From the human T2T-CHM13v2.0 reference genome, Homo sapiens, in the NCBI RefSeq assembly GCF_009914755.1, contig NC_060932.1: a stretch of 64,000 bases of DNA, one strand, 5' to 3'. The translations under genes and the position numbers were made by a program. Each line of letters opens with the position of its first letter. The stretch's first letter is position 1. The notes under the pieces were generated by a model that did not search any database, was not told the origin of the DNA, and saw only the letters and a list, made by a program, of their open reading frames with translations. This document shows, one piece after another, positions 30,751 to 45,500 of the stretch.

Positions 30751-30857
30751 GGAGGTTGGTGTTTTTTTAATTGACTTTCCCACTCCATAGAGTCAATGGT
30801 TCTCTCCATTTATCCAAGTAGTATACGTTAAATGGTAAAGAACTAGTACGTGGATGG

Positions 30858-31569
<712 letters not shown>

Positions 31570-33856
31570 GGAAGACAAATTTAACACAAACAGTTCTACA
31601 AAATAAACTGCTTAAAGAATATCTGTTTTGGGTATTTTATATTTGTACAATAAGGGAAAGGACTATTTAAAAAATAGTTTTCTCTCAAGCTTTTAGCTTG
31701 CAAAGTTCTTCTCACACATTTTTATTTGATGTTCGTTATAACTCATTGAGACAGGTGGAATTATTTCCATATTCTAGGTGAAAAGATGAAGCTTACAGGT
31801 TTGCTTAAGTCACTCCCCCTTAAGCGATCCCACATTGCCCCTCGGATTCCCCATTCCCCAGATCTCTGATCACTATTCACAAGGCCCTTCACGATCTGGC
31901 TTCTGCTTCATTTCCACAGCATCTCTTGCTAATTTCCTCTTTACTGCCCACACTCCCCCAATATCTAGCTACTTCCTTTCACTATTTGCTAAGCTCTCCC
32001 TTTCTTGCCTTTGGACTTTTGCACATACTATTTTTTGTCACCTCCTCTGGCCACCCTCTAAAGATTATCCCAGTCTCCACTTGGGCATCATTTATTTCCC
32101 AGTGCTAGAACCTCTCATACAAAATCATCTGAGTCCAGGGCCTTCCCCCTGTTCCACAGGCACCTCCTGGCCACTATAGTTTCTCTTAATATTTCTCCTT
32201 TAGAGTCCTACATGATGGTCCCCACCCCTCATCCAAACCTTTTAAACTTGTGGAGGAGCTTGAAGCTTAGATAGGGTGAAATCCGTAATCTAGGTCAGCC
32301 TTTTCTCCCCTTTTTGAATTTTTTTCTTGACCTTTCAAGATGAGAGATTAGTGGCTTAACACATGGCTTCTCTGAAAGTTTAATGTCTTATAAGGTATCT
32401 CCTTCAGACTCACTTCTGCTAACTTCAGTTTTTCCTGCCAGGTGCTTCCTGTCCTTATCACAGCTCTATCACTACAGGAGGAAAGGTAACTCCTGCCTCT
32501 CTTTCTGTGGGCCTCTCTAAAACTCCTCCAGTTTTGATAATAACTTACCAATCAATGTCTGGCAATTTCACAGTTCTGCGATTGTCCTCCCTGCTTCCTC
32601 TGTGGAAGCAAGCCCAGTGTGCTCACTGTGGTTTGATTCCTGCTTTCAGGAACCGACATGTCCAAAATTCAAAAGACAACTGTTTTTAAGCTACATATTA
32701 TATAAGCTGTATAGTAATTCTAACTAATGCCTTTTAATATTTTTGGAAAGTTTACAAATATCCATAGAAAACAGAAGTCATGAGCTGAACAATTGCTAAT
32801 TTTGAAGTGATTAATATTCATATTTACATAGTCCAGTTGGAATACATTCAGGATGAAATTTTAGTATAAACTTCACCATTGAACAATATCTTCAAAAACT
32901 TAATCTCACAAGTGAGGGATATTTTGCCTCAGAAAAAAAATAAAATAAAACAAGAGGAGGCCCCTGATATTTTAAGCAAATATAATTACCTGAAATAGAA
33001 GCTGAATTTGTAAAGAATTATTTCTCGTGTCCTTAATTTTAAAAAGTATTACCTTCAGGTTTCATTTGATAAAACTTGGGAAATTATTTTAAAAATTAGC
33101 TTTTATTTTGGAGAAAATTATAAACACATGAGAAAGAGGGGACATTGTAGACAAGTTCAGTGGCTTCATTTAGTAGGCCTCATTTCATTTAAGGAGCCTA
33201 GCTGAAAGGCAAATGTGAGGATGACATTGCCTCCTTCTCATGCACAATGAGTAGTTTTCTTTCTCCCCAGTTGCTATTTATTACTGAAAGATGAAAATGT
33301 CAGTATTTCTTTTAACAGAAGCTAATGCAGCACCTCAGATGGTGAAAACTGGTGGCAGGACACAAAGTTACTCAACCAGAGTAGTTTAAAAGTGTGCACT
33401 TTTAAAATCAAATGTAATTGTAACTCAGTGGTCAAAAATGAAAAAGGATGCTGAGCCTGAATTCAATATTTCATGATTAGAGAGACTTCTTACTATATAT
33501 ATTTTTTCCTTCTAATGTCTGACCTGGATCATATTTATTCCTCAACCAGGAACAAAAGGAGATTCTTTAATTTTCTTTTGATCCACATGTGTATTGGATT
33601 GTTGTCAAATTTCTTACTGGAAAAGGTTAGGTTAATATTTTGATAACAGATAAAATCTTCAAAGTAAGCCAGAAGCTTAAGTAATGCAAGTTAGATTTCA
33701 TGTGCTAGAATGTCAAGGATAAAGCGTAGAGGAAGGATTTGCAAGTCATCCATAAAATGATTATCCTTAGTGTAAAGTTTATATTCCTCCATGCCAACAA
33801 CTCTTTTAACGTATTACCTTGTCCTTTATATTCAGGTGCCAGAAGAAACCTTAGAG

Positions 33857-34202
33857 CAGCAGTCCCCAACCTTTTCGGTATCAGGGACCAGAGAGACAAT
33901 TTTTCCAGGGACCTGGGGTAGGGGTATTGGGGGTTGGGGAGATGGTTTCTGGATGAAACTGTTCCACCACAGATGATCAGGCATTAGATTCTTATAAGAA
34001 GTGTGCAACCTGGATCCCTCACATGTGCAGTTTATATAGGGTTGATGCTTCTATGAAGATCTAATGCTGCCGGTGATCTGACAGGAGGCAGAGATCAGGC
34101 AGTAATGCTCACTTGCCCACTGCTCATCTTCTGCTTTGCAGACTGGTTCCTAACAGGCCAAGGGCCAGTACCAGTCTGTGGCCCTAGGGTTGAGGACTCC
34201 TG
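33857..34202 (+). mobile_element. MER1B hAT-Charlie MITE
   Basis: TIRs cagcagtccccaacc and ggttgaggactcctg; perfect 8-bp TSD ccttagag (33849 and 34203). Confidence 0.92.
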
Positions 34203-35348
34203 CCTTAGAGAGTCCAAGAGTAGCAAACCCATATACTTATTTGGGGCCAAGCAGTTACAATGGATGAGCATATCTGTCACTTGTAAGTAATAGGAGTAAT
34301 GGAAACCATGGGAATTTGAGAGCATATGTCCTATTTAAAGATATTCAAATCAACTTAAAAATAAATGTTGTGCCTTCCATACAAAGTCCATCCACAAACC
34401 CAATGTGGCCTGTGGCTCTCCAGTTTTCTCCCCTTACAGTTTAGCCCAGCCTAGACTACAGTTTCTTCCAACCTCTCATCCAAGGCCTAGGTTCTTTCTT
34501 GAGCACTCCTACCAGTGGCCATTCAGCTTCTGTTTGAGCAATTCCAGTTGCAAGAATTTTGGGGGACTGTCAAGTCCTTTGCCAATCATATTAGTGGTGG
34601 TAGTGATGGTAGTATCTTTTGTGCTTTAGGATAAAATCAGAACAGATTAGTGAGTTTTAACAGTAGATTGCTCTGACCAACAAGGATCCAATGGACCTCT
34701 TTTTGTTTTGTGATTGTTCCTTGAGACTCTGTCCCTGTTGAGGATTATAATGCTTTGTTTCATGGAAGATATAGTCAGTTTCAGAACTGTACAATGTGAT
34801 CTTACTTTTTCTTATATTATTCCAAGTTTACTTCTATGGCTCATGTCATATAGGCTGATCTCAGAAGGGCCTGTTTGCCATTAGCATTGGTTCACCCCAT
34901 CACATGCTTACTGACTGATTTCTTCATGCTAGGCACTGTCTAATTACTGGGATACAGGAGACAAAAGGTCATAAAGAGCTATCCTTTCCTGGGGCTTACA
35001 TTTTAGTTAGGGAAATAAATACAATCAAGAAAACAAAAACATGGTAATTAAATGTTCTAATAAATTCTCTGAAGGAAATAGAGGCTGGAGGAGGGAGGCA
35101 GGAGGTAGCCAGATCATGCAGCCTAGTAGACTTCCAGGCTATTAGGAGTTTGGAGTATTGTAAGAAAATAGTGAGAAGCCACTGAAGGATTTTAAGCAGA
35201 ATAACTGATCTTAGGGCACTGTTTGCAAAGTGAGAACACTAACATATATTCAGTGTAGAAATTTGAGAAAATACCCAAAAAAGTTAAAAAGAATATCCAT
35301 TATGCAAGAGACCATTACCCAGAGACAAGTCTGGTGTAGGATGGGAGG

Positions 35349-36350
35349 TATGGTAGCCAGAATTCTAAAATGGCTCCTGTCTTTATCTGTTCCGGCTGCT
35401 AAAACAATACCACAGACTGAGTAGCTTAAACAACAAACATTTATTTCTCACAGTTTGGAAGCTGGGAAGCCCAAGACTGAGGCGCAAGCAGATCTGGGTC
35501 TGGTGAAGCACTCCAGCTGGCTTGTAGAAGCCATCTTTTCCTTGTATCCTCACATGGAGAGAGCCCGGGCCCTTCCATCTAATATACTAGAAGGACACTA
35601 ATTCCCTCATGGGTTCCACCCCCATTTCCTAATATAACCATGATTTTACCTTCTAAAGGCTCCGTCTCCTAATATTATCCTATTGGATTTGGGTTTGGGT
35701 TTCCATATATGAATTCTGGGGAGTCACAAACAGGCAGTTCATCACAGTTCCCAAGATTCCCATCCTCTGGTGTGCATTCCCTGTGTACTCTTTTCCTCCT
35801 GCCTATGGGAATGTGAACATGAATAAGATTTATCATTATTTTGATTAGGTTACATTATGTAGCAAAGGTGAAAGGATTTTTTAGAAATGTAATTAAAGTG
35901 TTTGATCAGTTATATTAAGTTTTTTAAGGAGATTATCCTGTGTGGGCCTGACCTAGTCAAGGGAGCCCTTTAAAAGAGGCTCTAGAGGTCAGAGACAGAA
36001 GTCAGAGAGATTCAGAGCAGTAGATGCGCTTTACTGTTGGCTTAAAGAAAATTGCTGTGTAGAGAAACCCAAGTGGCAAGAAGTGATGGGTGACCCTTCA
36101 TTGCTGAGGGCCTCACTCCTACAACCGAAAGGAAATGTGTTATGACGCCCAGTGATCTTGAAGAGGCTCAGATCTGAGATTGCAACCCAAGCCAACACCT
36201 GGATTTCAGCCTAGAGAGAACCCAGGAAAGCCATGCCAGGATTCCTAGCCCACAAAACCGTGGGTAGTAAATTGTGAGAGAATAAATAATTGTTTTTTCT
36301 AAGCCACTAGATTTATAGTAATTGTTGCACAGCAATAGCAAACTCATACA
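35349..36350 (+). mobile_element. MLT1E-like LTR (interrupted)
   Basis: 'tatggtagccagaattctaaaatggctcc' / 'caagattccc...' through 'gcaatagcaaactcataca'. Confidence 0.8.
35378..35746 (-). mobile_element. MLT1A/MSTC-like LTR nested in the MLT1E-like LTR
   Basis: tg...ca termini; 5-bp TSD gctcc/gttcc. Confidence 0.8.
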
Positions 36351-37853
36351 AAGGGAATGACATGATTTTCTCTGTAACCAAACTGACTGGAGAGGGACAA
36401 GAGTAGAGGCCATTGAGAAAGTCACCGTCGTGGTCTAGGCAAAAGATAAGCATGGCCTGGAGTGGCTTGGAAAGAAGTAGACAGACTTTGAATTATGTTT
36501 TGGAAGTGAAACAGGGCTAGCTAGCTGATAAATACAGTTTGGAGGGTGAAAGAAATGAAATCGTCAAGAATGATTCTTACAACTTTGGTATAAGCAAATG
36601 AGTGGATGGTGGTGCTGTCTAGTAAATATTGAAAGAATAGGGAAGGAATATTTTGTTCTGTGGAGTTAACAAGAGTGGCGGAAGATGGTGTTCAGTTTTA
36701 TTAATATTCTATTTTACCAAATTAGAAGTTAGGTGAACTTCATATACATATGTATGTGTATATATACATGTATATATGTATGCATGTTGTATTACATATG
36801 ATTATGTGTTTATTTTATAAAAATTATGATAGTACATTTCTTCATGTTACTTTTTCTCCACTTAACAGTAAAAACATAAATATTAATAATTATAAAATAT
36901 TCTACCCTGTGCAGTCCCTTATTCCCCTATTGTTTGTTTTTTGTTTTATTTTGTTTTGTTTGTTTTTTGCTTTTATGTTGTCCTAGTGAATATTCTTATC
37001 CTTTCAGGTTTATTCAAATGTATTAGATTACCCTTCAGAAAGATGATTTATATTTACATTCCTCATAATGGTATATAAGAAAGCTAGTTGACCCCATTTT
37101 CACCACTGGGTATTATTATTTTAAAAGCATCTTTGCCATTTTAAAGGTAAAAAAACTCACTTCTCTATTAATGTTTCATAGCCTGTATATCTTGAAGGTA
37201 TGCTTCAGTGTTTTGTACTATTTCTTCTTGCCTGGCCTAACATCTCTCACTGTATTTGACATGCGTATGACTGGAGTCAGGTCCTGTTGTTAGTAAGAAT
37301 GATGCCATTAAGTCACACATCCTCTGTGATAACATGAGTATTACCTCTGACATTTCTTGAGATTGTATCTAGAATCAGAAAGCCTTGATGCTGTCCTTAT
37401 ATACAAATCAGCTTTTTTCTAAAAACATACAGTGTATAGTTATTTTTACACCTTGCCTATATAAAATAAAAAGCAAAAAAAAATTCAGTAACATTTTTCA
37501 TCTGGCTTTTCTGTATTTTTTAAATGGTATATGGTAGATAATACTACCATCTTTTTCAGCTAAAACTGTCAAGTAAAACCTCCACAACGTATTTCAAGAA
37601 TCAGTTATGAGAGGTGTATTAAGTGAATGAGAGTGTGTATTATTTAATAATAGCTCCCTTTGGGTGATGGGTTTATGATGGGTGATTGTTATTTTGTTTT
37701 TGTTGCTTTTCTATATTGCCAAAACTTTTAATATGGAACGTGTAATTCTCCCTTAAAAAGAAAGGTTTGAATAGAGCTTTAAATTTTAATAAAGAGTACT
37801 TTAAGATGTCTTAGAAAGCAAGTCTGTAAAATTGCTTTAAAAATCAAGAACAG

Positions 37854-38285
<432 letters not shown>

Positions 38286-38423
38286 CTAACTAATCTTTAA
38301 ATATATTTTCAAACACCTTTTAAAAATGTGTCAGGGGCAAAAATGTCAAAAGCATTATGACTCCTATGGGTGAAGGGATAAGCCACGATGCTTGAAGTCA
38401 GGGGTCTTGGCTTTCACAGGGAA

Positions 38424-38528
38424 AGACGGGATTTCACCATGTTGTCCAAGCTGGTCTCAAACTCCTGACCTCAAGTAATCCACCCGCCTCGGCCTCCCAA
38501 AGTGCTGGGATTACAAGTGTGAGCCACC
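38424..38528 (-). mobile_element. Alu left-arm fragment
   Basis: 'tttcaccatgttgtccaagctggtctcaaactcctgacctc...gtgagccacc'. Confidence 0.9.
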
Positions 38529-39595
38529 CGTATACAGTATTATTGATATCCTCCAAACCAGATAGGATATTTAGCTTTTTGTAAAATTCTATAGGTATTA
38601 AAGCTTGCAGCATTAAAAAGCACTGCTTTTGAACTCTGACAGATGCAGACAATATATCCAGTAACAAAACTGAGTTTCTTTACTAACATATTTTGATAGC
38701 GTGACCTTAAACTTGAGACAAAAAGGAGAGAGGAAGAGTTTTATTGAATAAACGTTTCTAGGAAACAGATGCTTAACAAATGGTTGTACAGCTGTTTGCA
38801 ATAACATGGAAGAAGCCTATCTTTCGATAATTGTGACATAAGTTTTTCTTGTTTGTTCTCCTAGAGTTGTCTGCAAAAAGTTTATGTAATATGCCTGAAG
38901 GTTATACTAAGAAGGAAGCATTTCAGAAATGATTGAAGCTGTTTATCTGTGTGCAAAAGCCTGTAAGTGTGTTTGTGTGGGCCTGGGCACGTGTATATGC
39001 CTGTGATTCACACATTTCTTTTCACAAAAGATTTGAGGTCACTCAGGATGTCATTCATCCTGGGTAAAAGCCACCTCAGATTACAAGCAGTTAATAGGTC
39101 AGATGCTACATAATGCTCTCTTCAACTTAGATTTCTTAAAATCTTACAAGTTGAAGGAGGTGAGAGCCTGGGACTTTTAATTTGCACTGGGGCAAAATCG
39201 TTCCTTTGTGCTGAAAACATGTGGCTGACAAGATGCCACTGGGAAAGCCAAGCTTTTTTAGAAGAGTTTGCTGTATAATTCATAAAGATAAAATCTGTAA
39301 TATTTTATACTTGAAAGCTAAAATTTTTTAAAAAGACATTATCCAAATCAAAACTCTAGCAATTAAAACACACAGATAGGGTATGGTTGACTTTCTGCAA
39401 TGCTAATCTGGTTTCTGTCTTAGGTCTATTTGTACAGGACAGATATTCTACTTTATTCTCCAACAAGACTCAGCCTGGAGTTGCCTGGTGACCTGCTTTA
39501 ATTGAGCCAACCACATTCTGTAGGGGAAAAGCCAGACCAGAAATAGCTAGGATTTAATGGTGAGAACAAAGGCATTCCTAAAATCCTCAAATCTG

Positions 39596-39951
<356 letters not shown>

Positions 39952-40003
39952 CTACTTAGGTTGAAACAACATATGACTTCTCTAAGTCTCTATTTTTATT
40001 TTC

Positions 40004-40063
40004 AATAAAATGTGGATGATAATAATAAAATGTGGATGATAATAATAAAATGTGGATGATAAT
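40004..40063. repeat. Perfect 20-bp tandem repeat x3 within a MIR relic
   Basis: (aataaaatgtggatgataat)3. Confidence 0.95.
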
Positions 40064-40098
40064 CCCACCTCACTATGGGATGCAAAGTGTTTACCAGA

Positions 40099-40391
40099 TG
40101 TATTATGTTTCCTATTGCAGTTGTAACAAGTCATGCAAAAGTTAGTGGCTTAAAACAAATTTATTATATTAAGTCCCAGCATTCTGAAGTCCAAAATGCA
40201 TCTCACTGGGGCTAAAGTCGAGGTGTCAGTAGGTCTGTGCTCCTTTCTAGAGGCCCTGTGGGAGAATCCATTTTCTTGCCTTTTCTAGCTTCTAGAGGCC
40301 CCCTACTTTCCCTGGCTCTTGGCCACCTACCATCGTCAAAGCCAGCAATGTCCCAGCAAGTCTTCCTTAGAGCATATCACTATGATACTCT

Positions 40392-40422
<31 letters not shown>

Positions 40423-40950
40423 TTGAGACAGAGTCCCACTCTGTTGCCCAGGCTGGAGTGCAGTGGTGTAATCTCGGATCACTGCAACCACCACCTCCCA
40501 AGTCCAAGTGATTTTCCTTCCTCAGCCTCATTAGTAGCTGAGATTACAGGCATGTGCCATCATGCCTGGCTAATTTTTTTTTTTTTTTTTGTATTTTTAC
40601 TAGAAACAGGGTTTCACCATTTTGGTCAGGCTGGTACCAAACTCCTGATCTCAAATGATCCGCCCGCTTCAGCCTCTCAAAGTGCTAGGATTATAGGCAT
40701 GAGCCACTGCACCTGGCCACTATGATACTCTTGATATCATATGATAGCTCTTGCTTCCCTCTTCCACTTGGACCTTTTTGATTACAATGGGCCCACCTGG
40801 ATAATTCAGTATAATTTCCCATCTCACAGTCAGCTGCAACCTTAATTCCATCTGCGTCCTTAATTTCTCTTTGCCAAGTAAGGTAGCATTCACAGATTCC
40901 AGGGATCAATATAAGAATATTTTTTAGGGGGTCATCATTCTGCCTACCTT
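40099..40950 (-). mobile_element. MLT1C-like LTR interrupted by an Alu
   Basis: 'tgtattatgtttcctattgcagttgtaac...gggagaatccattttcttgccttttctagcttctagaggc...gggcccacctggataat...cattctgcctacc'. Confidence 0.85.
40393..40718 (-). mobile_element. AluS with (TTTA)n tail
   Basis: Perfect 14-bp TSD actatgatactctt (40379 and 40719). Confidence 0.94.
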
Positions 40951-41794
40951 GTTGGAGTACCTGCTACTAAATAAAAACACCAGGAATGGTAGTTTTTGCT
41001 GTTCTTAACCCAAAGGAAGAAAGAGCCCTTCTCTGAATGGTTTTTGTTGTTTAGTTAAGAAAATGCCAACTGACCAATGTCCCAGAAACCAAATGGGTGT
41101 AGAGCCCTAGCATGCTTCATTTCAACACCTTTCACAAACAGTAGTTTTGGCACTTTGCCTACCAAGCTGAAAAACAAAGAGCAGGGTTGTTATGTCTGAC
41201 CTAAATACACATGGTCTGTAACTTTCCTCTTCTCTCTCCATACCTCTTCCCTTCTTGAAGATATTTTACTGCTGGGGTATCAACTTATTTACATGTAGCT
41301 GACTCCTCAGAAGCGGAACTTGAATGCCAGCCATTCTGTCGAGCTTAAAGCACCACAATCCAGCTGTGAGCTAGGCAACTTTCCCCTTATATTTTGTGTG
41401 CCTCTGAAAACATCTCCAGAATTCAAATGACGATTTTTGACATAAGTTATCCCTTCCTCCCCTCTGATTGCAAGGGCAGCATCACTCTTTCTGCCATGCA
41501 TAAGTCAACATTTGGAGTCAATAGCCCTCTTGTACTAACACTTTCACAGTCCTCTCAAGTAGCCTTCCTCACTGTATTATCCAAGTTCAAGGATTGCTTA
41601 CACTTACCTGGACTACAGGCAAAGCCTCAGAACCATCTCCTGCCTTCCTTCACTGATTTGTGTCATCACTCCCTGGAGGTCTCAGGTCCCTCCTTCTCAT
41701 CTCTTCTTCCTTAAATCGATCCTTCTGCCTTAAATCAGCCCTTCTGCTTAGCATTAAATAAGTCTTTGTCAGCATGCCAAAGGGTGCAGGGAAC

Positions 41795-42055
41795 TATTTT
41801 TAAGCAGCCACCATATGCCAGACATTGTGCTTAGACATTTTGCATACATTATCTCATTTAATCCCAACTTAATGACCTAGCAGGTCGATGTTATTTCCTC
41901 TTTCTTTTTCTTTTTCTTTTTCTTTTTTTTTTTTACTAGTGAGGTAACTGGGACATAGAGAACTTTATGTAATTCAGCCAAACCTACACAGTATGTAGCA
42001 AAGAGTTCAGACTCGGCTGTGTCTTTCTTTAAAGCCTCTAGTTTTACCACTACAT
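41795..42055 (-). mobile_element. MIR with an internal T-rich run
   Basis: 'atgccagacattgtgcttagacattttgcatacattatctcatttaatcc'. Confidence 0.75.
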
Positions 42056-42100
42056 TAGACCCGTCATTTGACTTTATTTTGAAGGTATCTATTTTATTAG

Positions 42101-42445
42101 GGTGGGCACTGGGCACTGTGGCTCATTGCTGTAATCTCAGCACTTTGGGAGGCCAAGGCAGGAGTATAGCTTGAGGCTAGGAATTTGAGGCCAACCTGAC
42201 CAATGCAGTGAGACCCTCATCTCTAAAAAAACATTATTTTTTTTAAACTGGTCAGGCACGGTGGTATGTGCCTGTAATCCCAGCTATTCAGGAGGCTGAT
42301 GCAGAAGGATCATTTGAGCCCAGGAGGTCAAGGCTGCAGTGAGCTATGATTGCATCACTAGACTCCAGCCTGGGTTACAGAGCGAGACCCTGTCCTCTGT
42401 CTCTAAAAAAGCAAAAAACAAACAAACAAAAACGATGAAAAAAAA
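42101..42445 (+). mobile_element. AluJ
   Basis: J diagnostics 'tttgagcccaggaggtcaaggctgcagtgagctatgat', 'gagaccctgtc'. Confidence 0.92.
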
Positions 42446-43230
42446 ATCCATTTTATCAAGGCTTACCTGTGCTCATGTACTTTATGGGCAAATCTTTCAA
42501 TGGCCTAATGACAAACATATTATGGTTGGGTCATCTTGGTGGTGGTTTCTGTGGGAGGCTAAAGACTGCTATGTGTACTATTTTTTATCAGAGATCTAGT
42601 ACTGTCAGACATCTGCCTTTGAAGTGGCTTGTGGATTAATCCAGGTACATTTCTCATATTTTTTGAAAAGGATGGGTTCTGAGGGAAGGAAATAATTTTT
42701 CTATATGCGAGAGGCTTTGAGTCACAGTAAGTTAGAGCTCTTGTGGAGGTAAATAATCTTGATAAATCTGTTCTTTGTCATTAGAGATCAACTCTCAGTA
42801 CCCAGTGACAGGCCCAAACATGCTTTTATTCTTTGACCAAAACACCCACAAAGGAAACAGAAACCAGTTTAGCAACTTTGCAAGTGGGTGCAGAAGTATT
42901 CCTATAAATAAAGCTGCTCATTGTGCTTCTCTGGTCATGTTAGGTTTGGAATGCTGATGGGTTTATATCGTCCTACTCTGAATTCTTAGTGACAACATTG
43001 TGAATTTAGTTCTAGCTGATGCTTGCTACATTGCATTTTTTAGTATTTGAATTCTGCTACTCCTTAAAGGTGACTGAAATCATAAAGCCCATTTTGTAGA
43101 ATGAACTTTGTTCCCCACTTATCACTCCACCATATGCTTTCCTGATTGCTTTCTGTTTTTACTTTCTTGAAGAGAGAAAAACATAACATAACTCAATCTT
43201 AGTTGATCTTAGTAAAAGGAAGAATATGTG

Positions 43231-43383
43231 GGCAGTGGGGCGTGGTGGGTCATGCCTGTAATCCCAGCACTTTGAGAGGCTGAGGGGAGAGGATCGCTTG
43301 AGCCCAGGAGTTTAAGACCAGCTTGGACAAAAAAGAGCCCATCTCAAAAAAGTAATAATAATAATAACAACAACAATAATAAT
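43231..43383 (+). mobile_element. FLAM/AluJ monomer with (TAA/CAA)n tail
   Basis: 'ggatcgcttgagcccaggagtttaagaccagc'; flanking repeat taaaaggaaga. Confidence 0.88.
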
Positions 43384-43729
43384 AAAAGGAAGAGCACTTC
43401 CTGGGCCTTGAGAAGTCTTCTTGCTCACAAAGAAGCATCAAAGCAAGTGCTATATACACAGGAGGTCAGTTTGGGCAACTCTTTTTTAATCACATAGTAG
43501 CTTTGCCCTCATGGATTCTAAGTAGATAGATAATAGAAAAGTTGTAAGAAATGGTCTTCAGTAATATAAGGAAATACTCTTTCAAACCTATTACTTTTTT
43601 ATCGGAAGGAAAATGTAAACAGAATCAACTATTCTACATAGGTCTTAGGTTTTTGTGTAATTGTGAAAACAACATAGCAGAAGAATTAAGACTTTAACCT
43701 GAAAATTAAAAGTGCTCTCTGGAGTCATT

Positions 43730-44055
43730 ATTGGGTTAATTGTCAAAGTTAGAATGCAGATGACAGATTACAGAAAAGTATTCCATTCATGTGAAATTTT
43801 CCAAAGTTGAAAGTTACACTATGGTTATATAAAAGACTACCCATATTTATAGGAAATATACATTTCCTATTTAGAGGTAAAGGGCTATGATGCATGTAAT
43901 TTACACTCAAATGGTTCAATAAGTATATATGTGTGTGTGGTATGTATATAACACACACACACACACATATTTATGAGAGAAAGAGAACACAAACAGAAAG
44001 CAAATGGGATAAAGTATGAACAATAGTTGAATATAGGTAAAGAGTATATGTTTTT
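43730..44055 (+). mobile_element. L1MC-like 3' fragment
   Basis: 'atttagaggtaaagggctatgatgcatgtaatttacactcaaatggttca...aaagcaaatggg'. Confidence 0.7.
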
Positions 44056-44084
44056 CCTAAACGATATCAGTTCACATCTGTGGG

Positions 44085-44900
44085 AAGATGATGCTCAAAT
44101 TTAAATTTCTAGCCCAGAAGATTATCATAAACTCTAGACCCATAAATCCAATTGTTCACTAGTAATATACAGTAAAATATTTCACAGGTGTTTTAAAATC
44201 AACCTTTTGATTTTTTTTTTTTTTTTTATAATTTACCCCTTTAAGCCAGTTGCCTTCAGTGTTCTTTGGCACCAAACTAGATTCTTTCCTCTCCCTCCCA
44301 AGTCCCCACCAACACTGCTACAATCCAAAAATTCTGTCTATTCAACCCTGCAAATTCTCATCAGTTGATCCACTTCTGTCAATCACTGCTGCTATTATTC
44401 AGCTTCATATATCACACAGTTTATAATCATCATCTTCTAAGTAGTCCCCTGCATTCAGGATGTGCCTCCTCCAATCCATCTTCTCATTTGCAGCTAATTT
44501 CAGATGTTCAAATCTGATCTTGTTCATGCTCTGCTTAAAAGCTGAAGTATCTCTCTGTTACCCTCAGATCAAAATCCAAATCCTCAATACAATTACAATG
44601 CATGTGAAGACACTGGTTCTTGCTTATTTTTCTAACCTCATCTCTCTCCTCTCATCCTACCATCGTTTATCCTATCCTGTCTCGTACCATGCCACAGTCT
44701 CATTCGACTCCTTTCAGTGGAAGTTCCTCTGGCTGCCAGGCCTCTGCCCATGCTAGTCTCTCTGACTTGAGCACTTTCCTTTTCCCCTGCTCCCAACTAC
44801 CTGTTCAATACATAATCCTACTTGCCTGACTTACTCTTTCCTCCTTTAAATCCCAACTTAGATGACATTATTCGAAGAAACAATCATGACATCCCAAGTC
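44085..44900 (+). mobile_element. L2 fragment
   Basis: 'gatgatgctcaaatttaaatttctagccca', 'aatctgatcttgttcatgctctgcttaaaa', 'atcaaaatccaaatcctc'. Confidence 0.75.
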
Positions 44901-45009
44901 TGATCCAACCAATAATTAGATGCAAATTTAAAATAAAGTAATAAGATTCTGCCTGTTTTTAAACTAGCATAAAGCATGTACACAGTCCTTCCGTCAATAA
45001 GGTTTTCCT

Positions 45010-45500
45010 TAAACATTTATTAAATATCTGTTCTATGCCCAGCAACTTCTGATTGGGTCATTGAACAGATATTTATTTATTGATCTCCTACAGTGTTCCA
45101 GACACTATTTTGGGTGCAGTGAACATTCTTAGAACTTAGATTCTAGTAGAGGTGACTAATCACAAACAATGAGATGGGTAGTATCAGTTAGTGATAAGTG
45201 GTACGAAGAAGAAACTTGTACAGGGTGCTGACCTAGATACAGTAGTCAGAGAACACCCCTCTAAAGAGGAGGTATGTAAGTTGGGACCTAAATAGAATGG
45301 CAGAGCAAGGGCTGGCCAATGTCTGGGGAAGAGCATTCTAAGAAAAGAGAAACTGCAAGTGCAAAGGCTTTAAGATAGGAGCATGCTTGGTGCATTCAAG
45401 GACCAGAAAAGAGGCCTGTCTGTGTTCAACTCAGTGAGCAAGATGTGTTGGTGGAAAGGAGTCCTGAAGGCCAGAACCTGGAGTGTTGAGCAGTGAATGT
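45010..45500 (-). mobile_element. L2 3' fragment
   Basis: 'tttattgatctcctacagtgttccagacactatt', 'ggggaagagcattctaag...gcaagtgcaaaggc'. Confidence 0.75.

Larger units (their letters stand above)
34910..36700 (-). mobile_element. L2 fragments hosting nested MaLR LTRs
   Basis: 'gagaagccactgaaggattttaagcag' before the LTRs; 'gtcaagaatgattc...gagtggatggtggtgc' after them. Confidence 0.6.

Noticed and set aside
40004-40063. CRISPR-like array
   Set aside because: Head-to-tail tandem repeat with no spacers, in primate DNA
40237-40725. Longest ORF (162 aa) and the other [14 protein letters not shown]-type ORFs
   Set aside because: Translations of antisense Alu and adjacent LTR sequence; a common artefact
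41147-41161. Near-palindromic NFI site TTGGC-N5-GCCTA
   Set aside because: Single motif with a mismatch; insufficient alone
44085-45500. Tail-to-tail L2 pair as a miR-28/151-type hairpin
   Set aside because: The plus L2 stops before its 3' end, and I see no compact stem at the junction
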